DNA of 64,000 nt from Eledone cirrhosa (taxonomy: Eukaryota), in contig OZ024745.1 of the NCBI GenBank assembly GCA_964016885.1, positions 134,106,001-134,170,000 of the forward strand, read 5' to 3'. The notes under the pieces are model-generated. The model ran no database searches. It had not been told where the DNA came from and was given only the letters and a program-made list of their open reading frames with translations. Each line of letters starts with the position of its first letter. The first letter of the stretch is position 1. The translations under genes were made by a program, and so were the position numbers. This document shows positions 23,075 through 37,207 of the stretch, piece by piece.

Positions 23075-25853
23075 ACTTTCTTTTTATTTGCCACCAGGGC
23101 GTCAAAGAGTGGGACAAGTACAATGGGGGGAGTTTACATAAAACGGCGTCCTCAATAAGGAGTAGGCAATAACAATATATAAAATATAACAAAAATAAAT
23201 TGAATAACAAAATCCTCAATAGGGAGGAGGCGCCTTGAGGGGTCGCACACACCCCCGAAAAAGTATACGACCCTTCTCCTCAGGAGCACAGAGAGGGTGC
23301 TCACTTGATCTTTCATCTTTCTCCCCTACAGTCTGATGTAGAGTGAAGGCCCATTTACACGGGCCATTCTCGCCACTTTCACCCATCTTTCATAAAAACG
23401 GCTGAGGTGCAGCACCTCGCTCTCCATCCTGATCCTTCTTCCGAAATGATATCGGAAGAAACGAACCAGTTGTTGGCCAGAGAGAAAGGTGTCTGACCTC
23501 AGTCCTTTCAGACGCTTTCACCATGGCTATTACGCACAGAAACACCGCCTCTCCTTCGTTTTTGAAGAGGGGAGGCGGCTTGATCGTTACAATAGACTCA
23601 GTGGTCAACCGGATCGGTCCCACCCGTGACAGCAGTCGTTCGACATAGCCCCACAGATCGGCAATGCCCGAGCAGTGTACCAATGCGTGTGCAACGGTTT
23701 CCTCGAGGCACACGCATCTGGGACAGATCTTTTTCGAGGGGTCCCTACCCGGGCGCCCGTGTCTGTAGAGCTTTTCTCGAATGGGCAGAGCCCCTCGGTA
23801 GCACTGCCAGGCTAGGGACCTCTGGAAGTTATCCATAGGTCCCGGGCTAAATGTCCTACCGAACAGGTTGGCCAGTTTGTTTTCCTCCATGCCTAGGGCT
23901 TCTCCGAGGGCGTCGTCGCACCTGCTAACCACCAGCCCTCTATAGAATGACGAGGTGGATTCTCCACTGACAGCCGGGTCCGCCTGCCAGAGAGCCGTGA
24001 GCGCCTGGGCACACTCGGTGTGCCAGGCGCCCAGTTTTCTCGGTCTTTGCTTGACCCAGAACTGCAGCTCGGTGAGCGAGACGAGTCTGGCAAAGGCTCG
24101 CCTCACAAACGGGGCCCACACCGGTTGACCGGTGAGGAATACCTGGAGGTGCCGTAGCCTTCATGCGTGTTTACGCATCATCAGCCACGGGATCCCCAGC
24201 CCTTCTTTCGAAGGGTGTTGACAGCAGATGGATCTCCTCACCATAGGAGCTCACTTCTTCCAAAGGAATTGGAAGAGTGCGCACTCCATTTTGGCGAGCG
24301 TTTCCCTTGGGCAAGGCACGACAGTCAGTCGGTAGTAGATGACGGACGCTATATAAGTGTTCGCCACCTCCGCCCGACCTTTCAGGGACAGTTTGCACTC
24401 GGCCCACTTCTGGGTCAGTGCAAACACCCTGTTCGTTACCTCACCCCAGTTCTTCTCCACCTGGAGATCTGGTCCGAAACAGACCCCGAGCAACTTCACC
24501 GGGCCCTCCGTCCAGCGCCCGACGACGCCATCGGAGGGCATCGATTTGCCCCTCCACGTGCCGAGTTGCAAACCGATCGACTTGTTCCGGTTCAGCTTAG
24601 CCCCTGTAAACCTTTCGTACACCTCCAGTAAGGTGTCGATCGCCCTGACTTCCGAGGCCGTCGACACCATTACTGTTACGTCATCGGCGTAGGCCGACAC
24701 CGCTTTCCGCAATCCCGGTTCCAACGGGATGCCCTGCAACAACTCCAACTTCCGCAGCAGTGGCTCTAGAGTCATTACATACAGAAGGGAGGAGAGATGG
24801 CACCCTTGTCGGATGGACCGCGCGATTTCGAACGGCTCTGAGAGGTATCCGTTCACCTTGACTCAGAGCAGATGCGGCTGCTGTGCATGGCAGTGATCCA
24901 GCCCCTGAAAACGGGTCCGAATCCTGCCGCCGCTATCACCGCATCCAGGTAACCATGGTCGACCCTATCGAACGCCTTAGATTGATCTAAGTTGATCAGG
25001 GCCCCACCAAAGCCGGGTTCGTTCCCAACCCTCTCTATGATGTATCGCATGAGGTGGAGGTTGTCGTGGATGGACCTGGACGGGATAGCACATGTCTGCG
25101 CATCTCCCACCAGGTTGCCCGCGACAAGCGCCAACCTCTTTGCTAGCACCTTGGCCAAAATCTGTAACTCTGTATTTAGCAGAGTTATGGGCCTGAAATT
25201 ACTTATATCGTCCCCCTTGTTCTCGTCCTTCCTCACTAGCGTGACTACGCCCTTGGTCACAGCACGTTCTGTTGCCAGTTGTAGTAGACCGCCTCGAGGA
25301 GATCGGGGAATAAGTCCGGCATAGCTAGATATAGTTCGTATGGAAGACCATCGAGACCCGGGGATTTGCGTTTGCCGCATTGGCTCAGCACGTTCTCTAT
25401 CTCAGAGGCTGAAATCGGCTCCTCGCATGACTTCGCCTCCTTGTCCGAGAGACGCGGCAGGCCGTTGAGGTATGGACCGAAGTCCACTTCCCCAACCGGC
25501 TCCCCGCCCCCTCCGAACAATTTGGCAAAGTGCTTTTGAAAAGCCTCGCACATCTGCTTAGGTTCAAGGATCACCCGTCCATCCTGGTCTCGCAAAGACC
25601 GGATAGTAGATCTAATCCCTCTTTTGGCTTCTGTCACGCGGGCCCAGCTAACAGCTTTGGTCCCCTCGTTTCCCAGAGCACGTATTTTGCTTCGGACGAT
25701 GCAGCCTTCGTGTTTCGCGTCGAAGAACTGGCCCAGGGCCGTTCTCGACGCTAGCACTCTGGCCACGTCGCCGCTTCTAATTTCCACTTCTACACTATCT
25801 ACCAACTCCCTTTCCTTCCTATTTCTATTTGAGGCTAACTCCTTATAGATAGT
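23075..25853 (-). mobile_element. 5'-truncated L1/Tx1-like LINE of a sister family (ORF2 remnant 23326-25850)
   Basis: NFRPITLLNTE, LDQSKAFDRVDH, RQGC, AYADD and CPRC..ETVAHALVHC. Collinear with but diverged from the element at 168-6068. 3' hairpin GCCCTGGTGGC then AAATAAA. The 5' junction lies in a (TATC)n tract. Confidence 0.92.
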
Positions 25854-26149
25854 TAGATAGATAGATAGGTATGGACGCAAGCACGACCGAGAGACTGAAA
25901 CGTTGGCTTAAACAATCTTGAGATAACTTGGCCAAGTGGCTTTTAGCATAGCCTCCGGTCGATGTGACTAATGTACATGAAATTAGGTAGATAGAAATTG
26001 TGTAATTTAAATGTCAGATTTGTGGTAGAAATAGTTGGATTACAAGCAGTTTTTCCGTGAACAGTTAAGGAGGGTACATATTATTGGATCTAGTCCAACT
26101 GGGTACCCCTTTTCTGACCACGAAGATATTGCATACATCTGCCTACATC

Positions 26150-26312
26150 AGTCTGTCTTGAGGCTCATCAAGCCGGTGCTTATCTCGGTTTCCGTGGCGA
26201 GAAGCGACTGAGAGTACATGAATTCCTCCTGGACAGGACGTTAGTCCATCGCAGGGTTAAACCCCCGGCTGAGTATACTGGAGCAACGTGAAATGATGTG
26301 TTTTGTTCAATA
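26150..26312 (-). mobile_element. Decayed CORE-type SINE fragment with a different 3' part
   Basis: GCTGAGTATACTGGAGCAACGTGAAATGATGTGTTTTGTTCAA matches the family B core, while the adjoining part differs. Confidence 0.5.
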
Positions 26313-26673
26313 ATTCCGCCTAACTCATTTAAGTTTCTGTAATGATCGGTTGACTTATACCACTCGTATGTTTGGTAGAACAAAAACATCACAACAGCTA
26401 ATTTTATTTTGGCTGTAAATCCTAGCCATATCAGAAGAAATTATTGTTTGAAGAGAATGTGAATATGCCTGAGATAGAAAATTACATTTAGAGTATGCTA
26501 TATATAGAATGTCATTCGATTCGACTTTTTATTCATCAAGAGTCGACAAAATACCAGTAACATATTAAAATCAATTCAATGAACTGTACTTACAAAATTG
26601 ATTTGATTCCTTGACAAAATAATCTTTTTCTTACATAAATATGTTGTTTGTATATATTTTACTTTCATCACAG

Positions 26674-27073
26674 ATAACAAGTGCTGAGCTGGAAATGCGC
26701 ATCTTCCAAAACACATCCCTTTTGTCTATAATTGAACCGGCCACTAGATGTGAATCTTTTCAAAAACTTCTTTCGGAATTACGTCAAAGAACCGAAGACG
26801 ATAAAATGGTTCTACGAGATTACAAATCCCTTCTACGTATTAATGGTCTACCCTGCAAATCTGAACAACTTGAAACTGTAGCTGTTGAGTTTCAAAAATT
26901 TTCTCAAGGCTATTCAACGGCGTTGAAACTTTTAAGAGAAGTGCGGTCTGAGAGAGGTGGATCAGATAATATAAGCTCCTGGGAAGTGTCTTCAGATAAT
27001 CCTAAACTAATAGATGAACCAAACCTATGCTGTTTGCAGTCTGATTTACAAGCATCATCATCATCGTCAGTCG
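26674..27073 (+). CDS. Internal coding exon of an unidentified host gene (400 nt, phase 0 to phase 1)
   Basis: Acceptor TTTTACTTTCATCACAG, open frame ITSAELEMRIFQN..QASSSSSV with globular, helical composition, consensus donor G|GTGAGT. No transposon motifs. Confidence 0.75.
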
Positions 27074-27249
27074 GTGAGTGTTTCTTTTATTTATGTTTAT
27101 CTTTTTTTCTATTTCTATTTGTGCTTCTTTTTTTTAATCTGTTCCTTGGTGGACACTCATTCAACAAAGTCTTTTTTAATCCTTTTTGACTGAGAGGTAC
27201 TAACAGAAAGATACTAGTGAGATTAATGCCTTTTCTGAATTGCTGCAAG

Positions 27250-27700
27250 TTAAGAGTTGAAGGAGGATTAATAGCCGATAAGGGCTGACCCCTTTAATAT
27301 ATGTTGAGATAGTATTGATATGAATGTTTAAGTGAGGTGGGCTCAAGCAGAAAGATATGGAAATATTGACTAGTATTTTAGATAATAGCTGGATCTGACT
27401 GAGACTATGGATTAAAGTACTGTATCCAATTTGACCTGTAACATTCTCTTGTAATTACAATCTAATTCGTTCTTGCCAATAGTAGTAATTTCATCGGTAC
27501 AATAATAAATTTTCAAAGAACTGCCCAATTTTATTTCTAGAAGTAATTTCATTTGAATAACTATTCTTTGTGATAAAAATGTTGTATCGAAATTATAAAC
27601 TGCTATTGTCACTACTGCTTCAGTTACCAAGATTTTTGGTGCATTTATACACTTATGTATTGCTTTGATATTCCCGTTGTTGGCATCAAATATAATTCCT
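27250..27700 (-). mobile_element. Heavily decayed RTE-like LINE C-terminal fragment
   Basis: ELDCNYKRMLQVKL resembles the RTE motif LDGxYTRMLRxxL. Otherwise eroded. Confidence 0.35.
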
Positions 27701-27902
27701 AACTGTTTCCCTTCTACATGCGTGGTCCTGTAAGTGCCGAGGGAGTCATTGGAGAACAGTATTGATATGTGGCGTTTCTAGGGCATTTTTAAACATGGCA
27801 GAGCCCAATCCTTTCCATGTCTAAATACAACATATTTCTTCTAGAGAAGGAAAGAGAGAGTGAGAGAATGGAAGTGAGAAAGAGATATAGAAGAAGAATG
27901 GA

Positions 27903-28346
27903 TCCCAGTACTAGACTGGTACTTTTTTATCGACTTCGAATGGATGCAAGACAAAGTTGACCTCGGCGCGATTTGAACTCAGAGAGCAGAGCATGGAAAC
28001 GAATACTGCAAAGCATTCGTTCTAACCACTCTACCATTCTATCTGACATTCTAACAACTCTACCATTCTATCTGACGTTCTAACCACTCTACCATTCTAT
28101 CTGACGTTCTAACCACTCTACCATTCTATCTGACGTTCTAACAACTCTGCCATTCTATCTGACGTTCTAACCACTCTGCCATTCTATCTGACGTTCTAAC
28201 CACTCTACCATTCTATCTGACGTTCTAACTACCATTCTATCTGACGTTCTAACCACTCTGCCATTCTACCTGACGTTCTAACCACTCTACCATTCTATCT
28301 GACGTTCTAACTACCATTCTATCTGACATTCTAACCACTCTGCCAA
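27903..28346 (-). repeat. Decayed family A SINE whose 5' A-box segment is amplified as a 29-bp tandem array (about 11 copies, 28020-28346)
   Basis: Unit TTCTAACCACTCTRCCATTCTATCTGACG. Its reverse complement contains TGGYAGAGTGGTTAG. It adjoins the SINE body GTTGACCTCGGCGCGATTTGAACTCAG. Confidence 0.8.
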
Positions 28347-29981
28347 TTTCTTTATACCACAAAACAAAAAGTTGATTTTGTAATTGTGTAGAATGTAATT
28401 CACGGGTTTAGTTTACGAAATATCGAAGAATCTCGTCTTTTCGGAGATAGAATAGAATTCAAATAATCATCAGCGGTTCATATCAACATTTGATATGATT
28501 AACTCTGATTTATTCAGTGTTTTAAAAAAAACTAAAAAGAATCCCTTAGGCTGCATTCATAGGGTTCGCAAATATTTTGTAAATTATCATGATATTGAAA
28601 AATTAATCACAAGTTTGGGCTAAAAATCGTTTTAATTTCAGTTACTAAATATTTCCTGAACAAATATTTTGTGTAAATGTGATACAAAATAATATTTGAC
28701 GTATATATATATATATATATATATATATACGATATTAACAAATGGAAACTATATTTATAAAACCATATTTATTTCATTATACATATTTCAAGGATACCAA
28801 GTTAAATTATGGTATGCCTTCATCAGACAAAATACAATATATACCAGTTTTATAAATAAACATTGACGTACCCTTTCAAAATGCGACCGTTACTTTTGGA
28901 AGCCATCAGGATATATATATATATATATATATATTATTTTGCATTATGCACAATGCCATGCTTATAACAGAAAACGTTGTTTGACTTGTTGTTTTCTTGT
29001 CTTTATGATTTTGGTTTCAACAACACACTAGTTGTGCTTGATAAAACACCTTCATAAATTGATATGTTAAACTGCCTTTAGGTTTTCTTCCAACACAAAT
29101 TATGAAGTCATAAGGGGGAGAGGGATATCAGCGTTAGTCATCCTTTCATTTATTTTTGTTGTTGTTTTATTTGCTATTATTCAATAATTCATATGAACAA
29201 ATGACAATGGAAATTCAGCAATTCCAATACCATTTCCTACCATTGAGAAAACACATTTCAATCAGCCAATGGAGTTGGTTCTTTCAATAATTAATTTTAA
29301 TATCTGTGCTAGACGAGAAAGATAGTGTTGATGGTATAGTGTATATTCACATTTGAAAACTAAAAGATTGGAGAGTTTGCGTCATGAGTGGCTTTCGGCA
29401 CAAACAACACTTATTTGTCCAAGTATAAATACATTTTTTTTCTAGAAAAAAAAATACCTAAAGAGAACAGAAAAAGTAAAGAGTAGGTTCCGAGAAATGT
29501 ATCCCATGTTAAAATATATAGCTAACTAGAAAAGAAAAAATAATTAAAAGAAGCAAAATTCAAAACGTGATTCTGATATATCAATGTCTAGGAAATGTTC
29601 GAATTTATTTTGAATGAATTATATTTTGCTTTTGCCTTTAGCTTGGAGCTCTTTTATATTTTAATTAACGTAACTCTATACAGAATATACCACAATATGA
29701 AGTCAACTCTATAAAGAATATACTACTATATGAAGTCAACCCATTTTCTATTCGATATAATTAATGTGTATCTCGTGGGTCGTGTCATTTCCTCTTTATC
29801 TTAAATCAAATAAAATAATAACTTCCTTCGTGAGAATCTATAATCATCATCATTGCGCTAGCTTAAGTGACCGCCACACAGTATATCATACAAATATAGA
29901 AAACAGAGTCTTATAATTGTGCATATATTTATATTTTAGTTACACATATATACTTTTACCTTCTTTGCGCGATGTAACCAC

Positions 29982-30160
29982 GTTGTCCCGCGCCCCTCGT
30001 GAGGTGTCTAGTTGTCCCAACCCCCTCGTGAGGTGTCTCCCGCGCCCCTCATGAGGTGTCTAGTTGCACCACGCTCCTCGTAAGGTATCTAGTTGTCCTG
30101 CGCTCCTTGTGAGGTGTCTAGCTGTCCCGCGCCCCTCGTGAGGTGTCTAGCTGTCCCTCG
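29982..30160. repeat. GC-rich 29-bp minisatellite, about 6 copies
   Basis: Unit GTTGTCCCGCGCCCCTCGTGAGGTGTCTA with variants. Confidence 0.85.
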
Positions 30161-33100
30161 CTTTCTGAGATGTCTCCCCTTTAAGTTATACTCTTTTCAA
30201 AGTGTCCGCTTGAACTCACCATCTTCTCCAGGCTTTCACTCTTTAACGTATTTTCTTCTCTAGGTGTCCACACATTTACACCTGATTTTTGTGATGAGAT
30301 CACATTTTAGCCAATGTTTTTATTCTATTTCCTCAGTTGAGTCTTAAAGAAGGGGGAGTGCCCATGGCACTCGCAGACCCTCTGAGACTGGTAAGAAACG
30401 ACATAATTAACGTTACAAGTGGACGGCTGCAGCAAAAACATGTAGGGAGGAATTTGCAGAGATGCCAGCATTATGGAGATAAAAGAGAGGGTATAGTGAT
30501 TTGTACAAAGCCTGAGGTTGCACACAATATTAGTGAAAAGGACCATTAAGTCTAGGTTGTCTAAGTAAAGGTAGAACAAAACCATCTAGATCTGTTGGGT
30601 AGAGGCAATTGTAGGATCAACAGAAAGGTAGAAATGAATGAAATGAATCAACAGATTTATGGTCGAAATATATTGGTGAGCCTCTTGATACTAATTGAAT
30701 GATCATTTGGGATGTGGTTTAATACCCCTGTGAGTGTCACAATAATCCTGTCTAGATATGTGTGTAGCTCTGAATTGTGGGTCTCATCTGAGCATTTTAA
30801 AACGAAGTATTTTCTGGCACTGCCAGTTATTGTGACGTAACCATTATGCTGAAAAAGCTAAGCTGCAACTTATTAATGGTGAAGACTAAGATTTGCAGCG
30901 ATCTGTACTAGTCATATTTAGTCGGGTTACAATACTGAGATGTCTTCATATGTAGTGTGTCTTTGTCTGAAGAATTTAAGGTTTGCATATTCCTATTGGG
31001 TGATATTTTCCATGTCTCCGTTCATCAACTCAGTGAGATGTTTAAGTTGCGAATGCGGAAATTCTTTGCTTATATTGGAGATCAATAACACTGTGTTTGC
31101 TACATTTCTCCTGACTGAGAGTCAATTTGTGAATGACATTAGAGAGGAAGTCTCCAGTAGATAACTTTATAAAGGCCGTGCTTGTGGTCTTTATGGCATT
31201 ATAGATTCAACACGTTGGATAAAGTTGATGTGGCGATGCAAGAAGTTATGTAGGAATGGAACATATTGTAGCGTGTTTCTAAATATCACGATATATACCT
31301 AAAGAGGGGGGAGATTGAACCGTGCGTTAGAAATAATGGATACCTCTGTGATACATCGTTTAGGGATAACGGAAAGAATACTGCAAAGACTGGTAGCTTT
31401 GCGGGTTTTCAGAAAGAGAAGAATAGTTTCTTCATCCGTTTAGTTGGTTCTGATTTTAAAAAATGGGGGACATCTACTACCAGGGTTAGTTGGCCAAGAA
31501 TTGACTCGGATCAGTTAGCTAGATTAAAGGGAAATATTCGGAAAGTGACCACGTTGCGTAGTAAGTCAAACTATGGTGAATAGGCGTGATAAGACAACAC
31601 AATAGAGATGGTGCTCGTTTGGTTGTCGCTGGGTTTGAGCATGAGAAAGAAGCTAAAGGTGGTAAGAGTGTTTCTGTTGAACAGCTGTATATGTAAGTAG
31701 TTCAACTACTTGATGTAGGGAGCTGGGTGTTGAGAAATGCTCAGTGTTTGCATCAGAGACATAGGTAAGTATGAGTTGAGAGTGAGGATCAAGAATTGTT
31801 GAAGTCCCCGAGGACATGAGACAGAGGGCAATGAGATAGGTGTCCAGGAAGATATATGGTCGAAATGTTATTGCTAGTTGGAAAAGTTTGAAAAGCAGTA
31901 AAGGAAGAGGATGTGTTTAAAAGAGAGGGGGTATTGAGCCAGAGTTACTACAAGTGTTACTAATAGCTAGGTGTACAATGGGGTGGTTTAAATCTGCATA
32001 TTTGTAAACACTATCTCTAGGAGTGAAGTTCGAGTATAGAATATAAGCTTAAACAACAGAGATGGACTATGGATAATTGTTGCAAAATTATTGTCTCAGG
32101 GAATAGGATATAACTTGCGTGATAGTAAAAGGTTATGATTTGAGATCGGTTTGGAATCGAAGTCTACGGGTACTTGAGAAGAGAGGTGAGAATTATCTAT
32201 CGATTTTATTTGGGGACATCGAGGGATGTTATACAAGGTGTCGTTTTACCTTGGAGTCACGATAATTTCCTGCCATGTGCGTGGTTCGAATGCTTACAAC
32301 ATGAGCCAGTGAGACGTATTAAATCGGGCGGTATGATGTGCCAACAAAAGGGGTCCACACTTTAGCCTACATATGTCTTATGTTAACCCATATTTTTCAT
32401 CAAGTGTCCACACTTAAATCCATGTTTTTAATGGGATATCTATATTTTAATCCATGTTTTTAATAGGGTATCTGTTTTGACCCTTGTTTTAATGGGATGT
32501 ATATACTTTATGTCGTGTTTTAATGAGATATCTACTCTTTAACTCGTGGTATTAATGGACTATTTATACTTTAACCCATACTTTTCATGAGGTGTCCACA
32601 CCAATCAGCATTTAAACCAGCCATATCCGGCCAGAATTCTTTCACCTCTTTCTGTTCAAACCAGCCTTAACTGGCCACTCATACCGACTTTAAGGTATTG
32701 TTTTCAAAATAAATAATATCAAAATCTCATAGTTTCCATATTATGTGCGATAATTGTGTGAGGTAAAGCCTTTACCACAAGAATACAATAGTAAATATAG
32801 AGTAATACAAATGCTAAAGGGTTAACGCATGTTTTTTTTAAGAATTGTCCAACTTTATGCTCATTCTTTGTAAGGTGCCCTTAATAGGGCGTAATTTGAC
32901 ATTAGCCTGGCACTAAGGTATTTTAGTTAATTATTTATCATGCTAATGAGATAACATAGTCACCTAATATCTCTCGCTGCTGTCTTTATCACAATTTTAA
33001 CCTAGTGTGTAAAATATTGTAAGTGTATGTATGTGTGTATGTGTGAATGCATGTATGTATGTATGTATGTATGTATGTATGTATGTATGTATGTATGTAT

Positions 33101-33839
33101 ATGTGTGTATGTATGTGTGTATGTATCTGCGTATATAAGTATCTAAATATCTGTGTGTGTATGTATGTATCCATGTATGTATATATGTATGTATCTATGT
33201 GTATGTATGTATGTATATATGCATGTATATATGTCAGGTCACCAGTTGGTGCTACTGGTAACATGTATCCCAGTACAACCTGTCTCATGGTCGGGTCGTT
33301 GGCGACTAAACTGGCAACCCCACCAAGGTTTCTTGGTGAGGAGGGTGACTTTGGACATCCTGCAGGACTAAAAACAAAACCTGTCAAAGGGCAAAGGAGC
33401 TCTTAAGAGTCAATGGCCATCCAAAATCACCGGGAGAGATGACCCCTTAGCCTTTGTCAAGGCAGAATTCTAGGAGAAGGAAAACTCTGATATAACACCT
33501 GCAACCCTGATGGTATCCAATGATGTTGACTTGTTCTTCTTTTTGGTAAATATCAGCTTGGTTAAGAGAGTGGGACTGGCTTTGTGCAGTGCCTTTGCTC
33601 ACTATAAAATCTTCACGGCACAGGCATTGCTTTATATCTGGAGATCTCTCTGCACTTGTCGACACATGGTACCATGAGCCCAGCACTATGTGTCAATAAT
33701 TGTCACAAGTGTAGTGTTTGTACCAGAGTTTTCAAGTCGCTGGCTGGACTAAAAAGTCACACTTGTTCAGCTCATCGGTAGGGGTTCTCCTACATGGATA
33801 TAAAGTAGTGGCCGTACTCGAAAACGAGTTGGCAGCCAC

Positions 33840-33851
33840 TATATATGTATG

Positions 33852-33920
<69 letters not shown>

Positions 33921-34163
33921 ATGTATATATATATATATGTGTGTGTATGTATATATATATATATGTGTGTGTATGTATATATATATATATGTGTGTGTAT
34001 GTATATATATATATATATGTGTGTGTATGTATATATATATATATGTGTGTGTATGTATATATATATATATATGTGTGTATGTATATATATATATGTGTGT
34101 ATGTATATATATATATGTGTGTATGTATATATATATATGTGTATGTATATATATATGTGTATG

Positions 34164-34194
<31 letters not shown>

Positions 34195-34305
34195 GTGTGT
34201 ATGTATATATATATATATATGTGTATGTATATATATATATATGTGTGTATATATATATATGTGTGTGTATATATATATATGTGTATATATATATATATAT
34301 ATGTG

Positions 34306-34360
<55 letters not shown>

Positions 34361-34373
34361 GTGTGTATATATA

Positions 34374-34438
<65 letters not shown>

Positions 34439-34652
34439 ATGTATATATATATATATGTGTGTGTATGTTTATGTATATATATATATATATGTGTATGTAT
34501 ATATATATATATGTGTGTGTATGTTTATGTATATATATATATATATGTGTATGTATATATATATATATGTGTGTGTATGTTTATGTATATATATATATAT
34601 GTGTGTGTATGTATATATATATACATATATATGTGTATGTATATATGTATAC
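33840..34652. repeat. Compound (TA)n/(TG)n microsatellite, about 810 bp
   Basis: Direct reading. It generates the spurious YI/CV ORFs. Confidence 0.95.
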
Positions 34653-35587
34653 GTGATTATTGCTAGACTGTAAATCTATTTTACATAATTCAGAGTTGGT
34701 TGTACAAATTAAAGCAATTATAAATACAAAATTATATCAAAAGACAATTTCTTATATTTTATTGCAATATTTCTTATAAATATTATTATTACTATTATTA
34801 TTACTTTAATTTCTTATATTTTACTGCAATATTTCTTCTTATTGTTATTATTTTTGCAATATTTCTTATTATTATTATTACTTTAATTTCCATAATTTCA
34901 TTCATTAGTCGATGATTTACAATTTTTCTTTAACACTTTCTTTCAAAATTATTCAATTTTCATATGAAATTTGTGTTCCAAGATGTCGTTCCCCCTCCTC
35001 CCACCATATACGGTCACCATGCCACCCCCACCACATACGTCCCCCCCCCCACCATATACGTCTCCTTAACCCCTCCCCTTCCACCATATACATCTCTTTA
35101 ACCCCTCCCCCTCCACCATATACGTCTCCTCCTCGCCCCCCCCCCCCCCCCCCCACACAATATTTTCCTTCTTCTATCAATCTTTGTTTTATTCTTGTAT
35201 CGGGAGAAATTAAAATATAAATTTGCAAAAAGAAAAGATGTTCGCTTTTTTTGAAAGCAAAGCAAATTACAGAAAGTCTAAATTAAATTTTAAAACTTTT
35301 GTACACACATACATATATACATACACACATACATATATACACGCGTACATACATATATACACGCATATGAGAAACAAGGAGAGAGAAAGAGAGAGAGAGA
35401 GAGAAACAGAGAGAGTGAGAGAGAGATATATATAAACAGAGAGAGAGTGTGTGTGTCATGTTTTTCGGTTGTTTTCTTCAATAATATTCCTAAATAGAGG
35501 AATTAGTATGCGTGAGTGTTTAACTTGCTTAAAAGCGTTGATTTGTTAAGACTACGATAACAACTGTAATAAGGAGCGGACTAGTTG

Positions 35588-35830
35588 TTGTAGTTGTTGT
35601 TACAGCTCACACCTCTGCACGATTAGCTGGCCTCCTCCAAGGAGGTGTCTTGGGTAATTTAATGATAGGGACCCCAGTCCTATCATCTCATTTCTACAGC
35701 TGAGTAAACTGGAGCAATGTGAAATAAAGTGTCTTGCTCAAGGAAAAACACATCACCCGGTCCGAGAATTGAGCTCACAACCTTTCGATTGCAAGCCCAA
35801 TGCTCTAACCACTAAGCCATGTACCTTCAC
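35588..35830 (-). mobile_element. Family B SINE with (CAA)n tail
   Basis: Reverse complement of the family B consensus. TSD TAGTTG at 35582-35587 and 35831-35836. Confidence 0.85.
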
Positions 35831-37207
35831 TAGTTGATGGGAAGATTGCTATATAATAGATCTGTTAGAAATAACAGCTAAATTACTCGAAATCACACAG
35901 CTGTCTTAAATACGAAAGTATACATTTAATAATGTAGTTCTGGATACGAGATGGTCAGAGCTGGAATATTGTTAATGAAGCCTGCTTAATGATGATTGAT
36001 CTGGAAATAAGACTTATTCACTTACTCTAACACTTTACACAATACACTATACCGAGTTTGTCATACCTGAATATTTGATACCTCTTTTCCATAATATATT
36101 ATACATCAGCAGCAGGAATAGTCTAATATTGATTCTACCACTACGTGATGTAATTTATCAAAACTCAACTTCTACAAAACGGATCAACTCTTGTAGAAAT
36201 ATTAGAATAAATTGCGGTGTTAAAACATTAATATTTACTTGAAGCACATCCAAGAAAATGTTGAATAACTACAGTGCACTAACTAATGTCTACACCATAC
36301 TACAGGGTACTAAACTTATACAACTCTACATCCCACACAGATATATCATTCTAATTCGAGCCAGGTGAAGAGAGGCCTCATGTGATAACTCGATCTACTA
36401 AAAATAACAGCCAAATTTCCTTTAAACCATATTCTATCCTCTTAAACAAGGAAGATATTTGATACAGTAGTCCTATATACACTTTACCTTTGTTCCATAA
36501 AACTGTTTATAGGAATAATAATAGGAGTATATTTGTTAGAAGTATGGTTGCCAATAGAAATTTCCCTGCTACAGTAAGAATCATCGATAAAACATCAAGA
36601 ACAATTTAATATAGCAAATCAAATTCTTTACGACTCTCAGACTTAGCTGACCCTATGTATTTTGAACTCTTTTGCTTACTAGTTTGGTTCCCCACATTCA
36701 CCTACGTTAATGTTTCAATGCGAATATAAAGAATAATTTCATTAGTTCCCTGTGCTAAATATATTGCTCCTGGTATTTAATTTATAGAATTGCCTCCTTT
36801 AGAATCTTTCTCTTTATCACCTCTTCCCTCCAAATATAATCGAACAACTATTCGTGATTTTTAGCATCGTTTAGTCATTGCGGCTTCTCATATCTCCATT
36901 GAAATATCCACTCTACCCTTAGGCAACCGATTAACAAAATAAAAAAAATAACTTCCTATTACTGCAATAAAAACTCAGTTTGAATGGAATAGCTTTCATT
37001 AAGCGCATTTGCAAATTATATTAAATTAGTAATTTCACCTAATAATTTACATATTAGATTAAGATTTTGCCAAACGCTTTGGTTGGTTTTGATCGATGCT
37101 GTATTTATTATTAATTCGATTGATAATGCAATATGCATATCAAGTGTACTGATGCATTAAGTAAATTATTCCAAATATTCTGTTTATTATCGCTGTTTCT
37201 GATGTAG

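Noticed and set aside
30340-32340. Possible very old LINE RT on the - strand (LFYLYLDNL..)
   Set aside because: Only a faint motif echo, too decayed to call without a profile search.
33718-34673. Long YI/CV ORFs (also 9656, 11650 and 8917 poly-Leu)
   Set aside because: Microsatellite translation artefacts.
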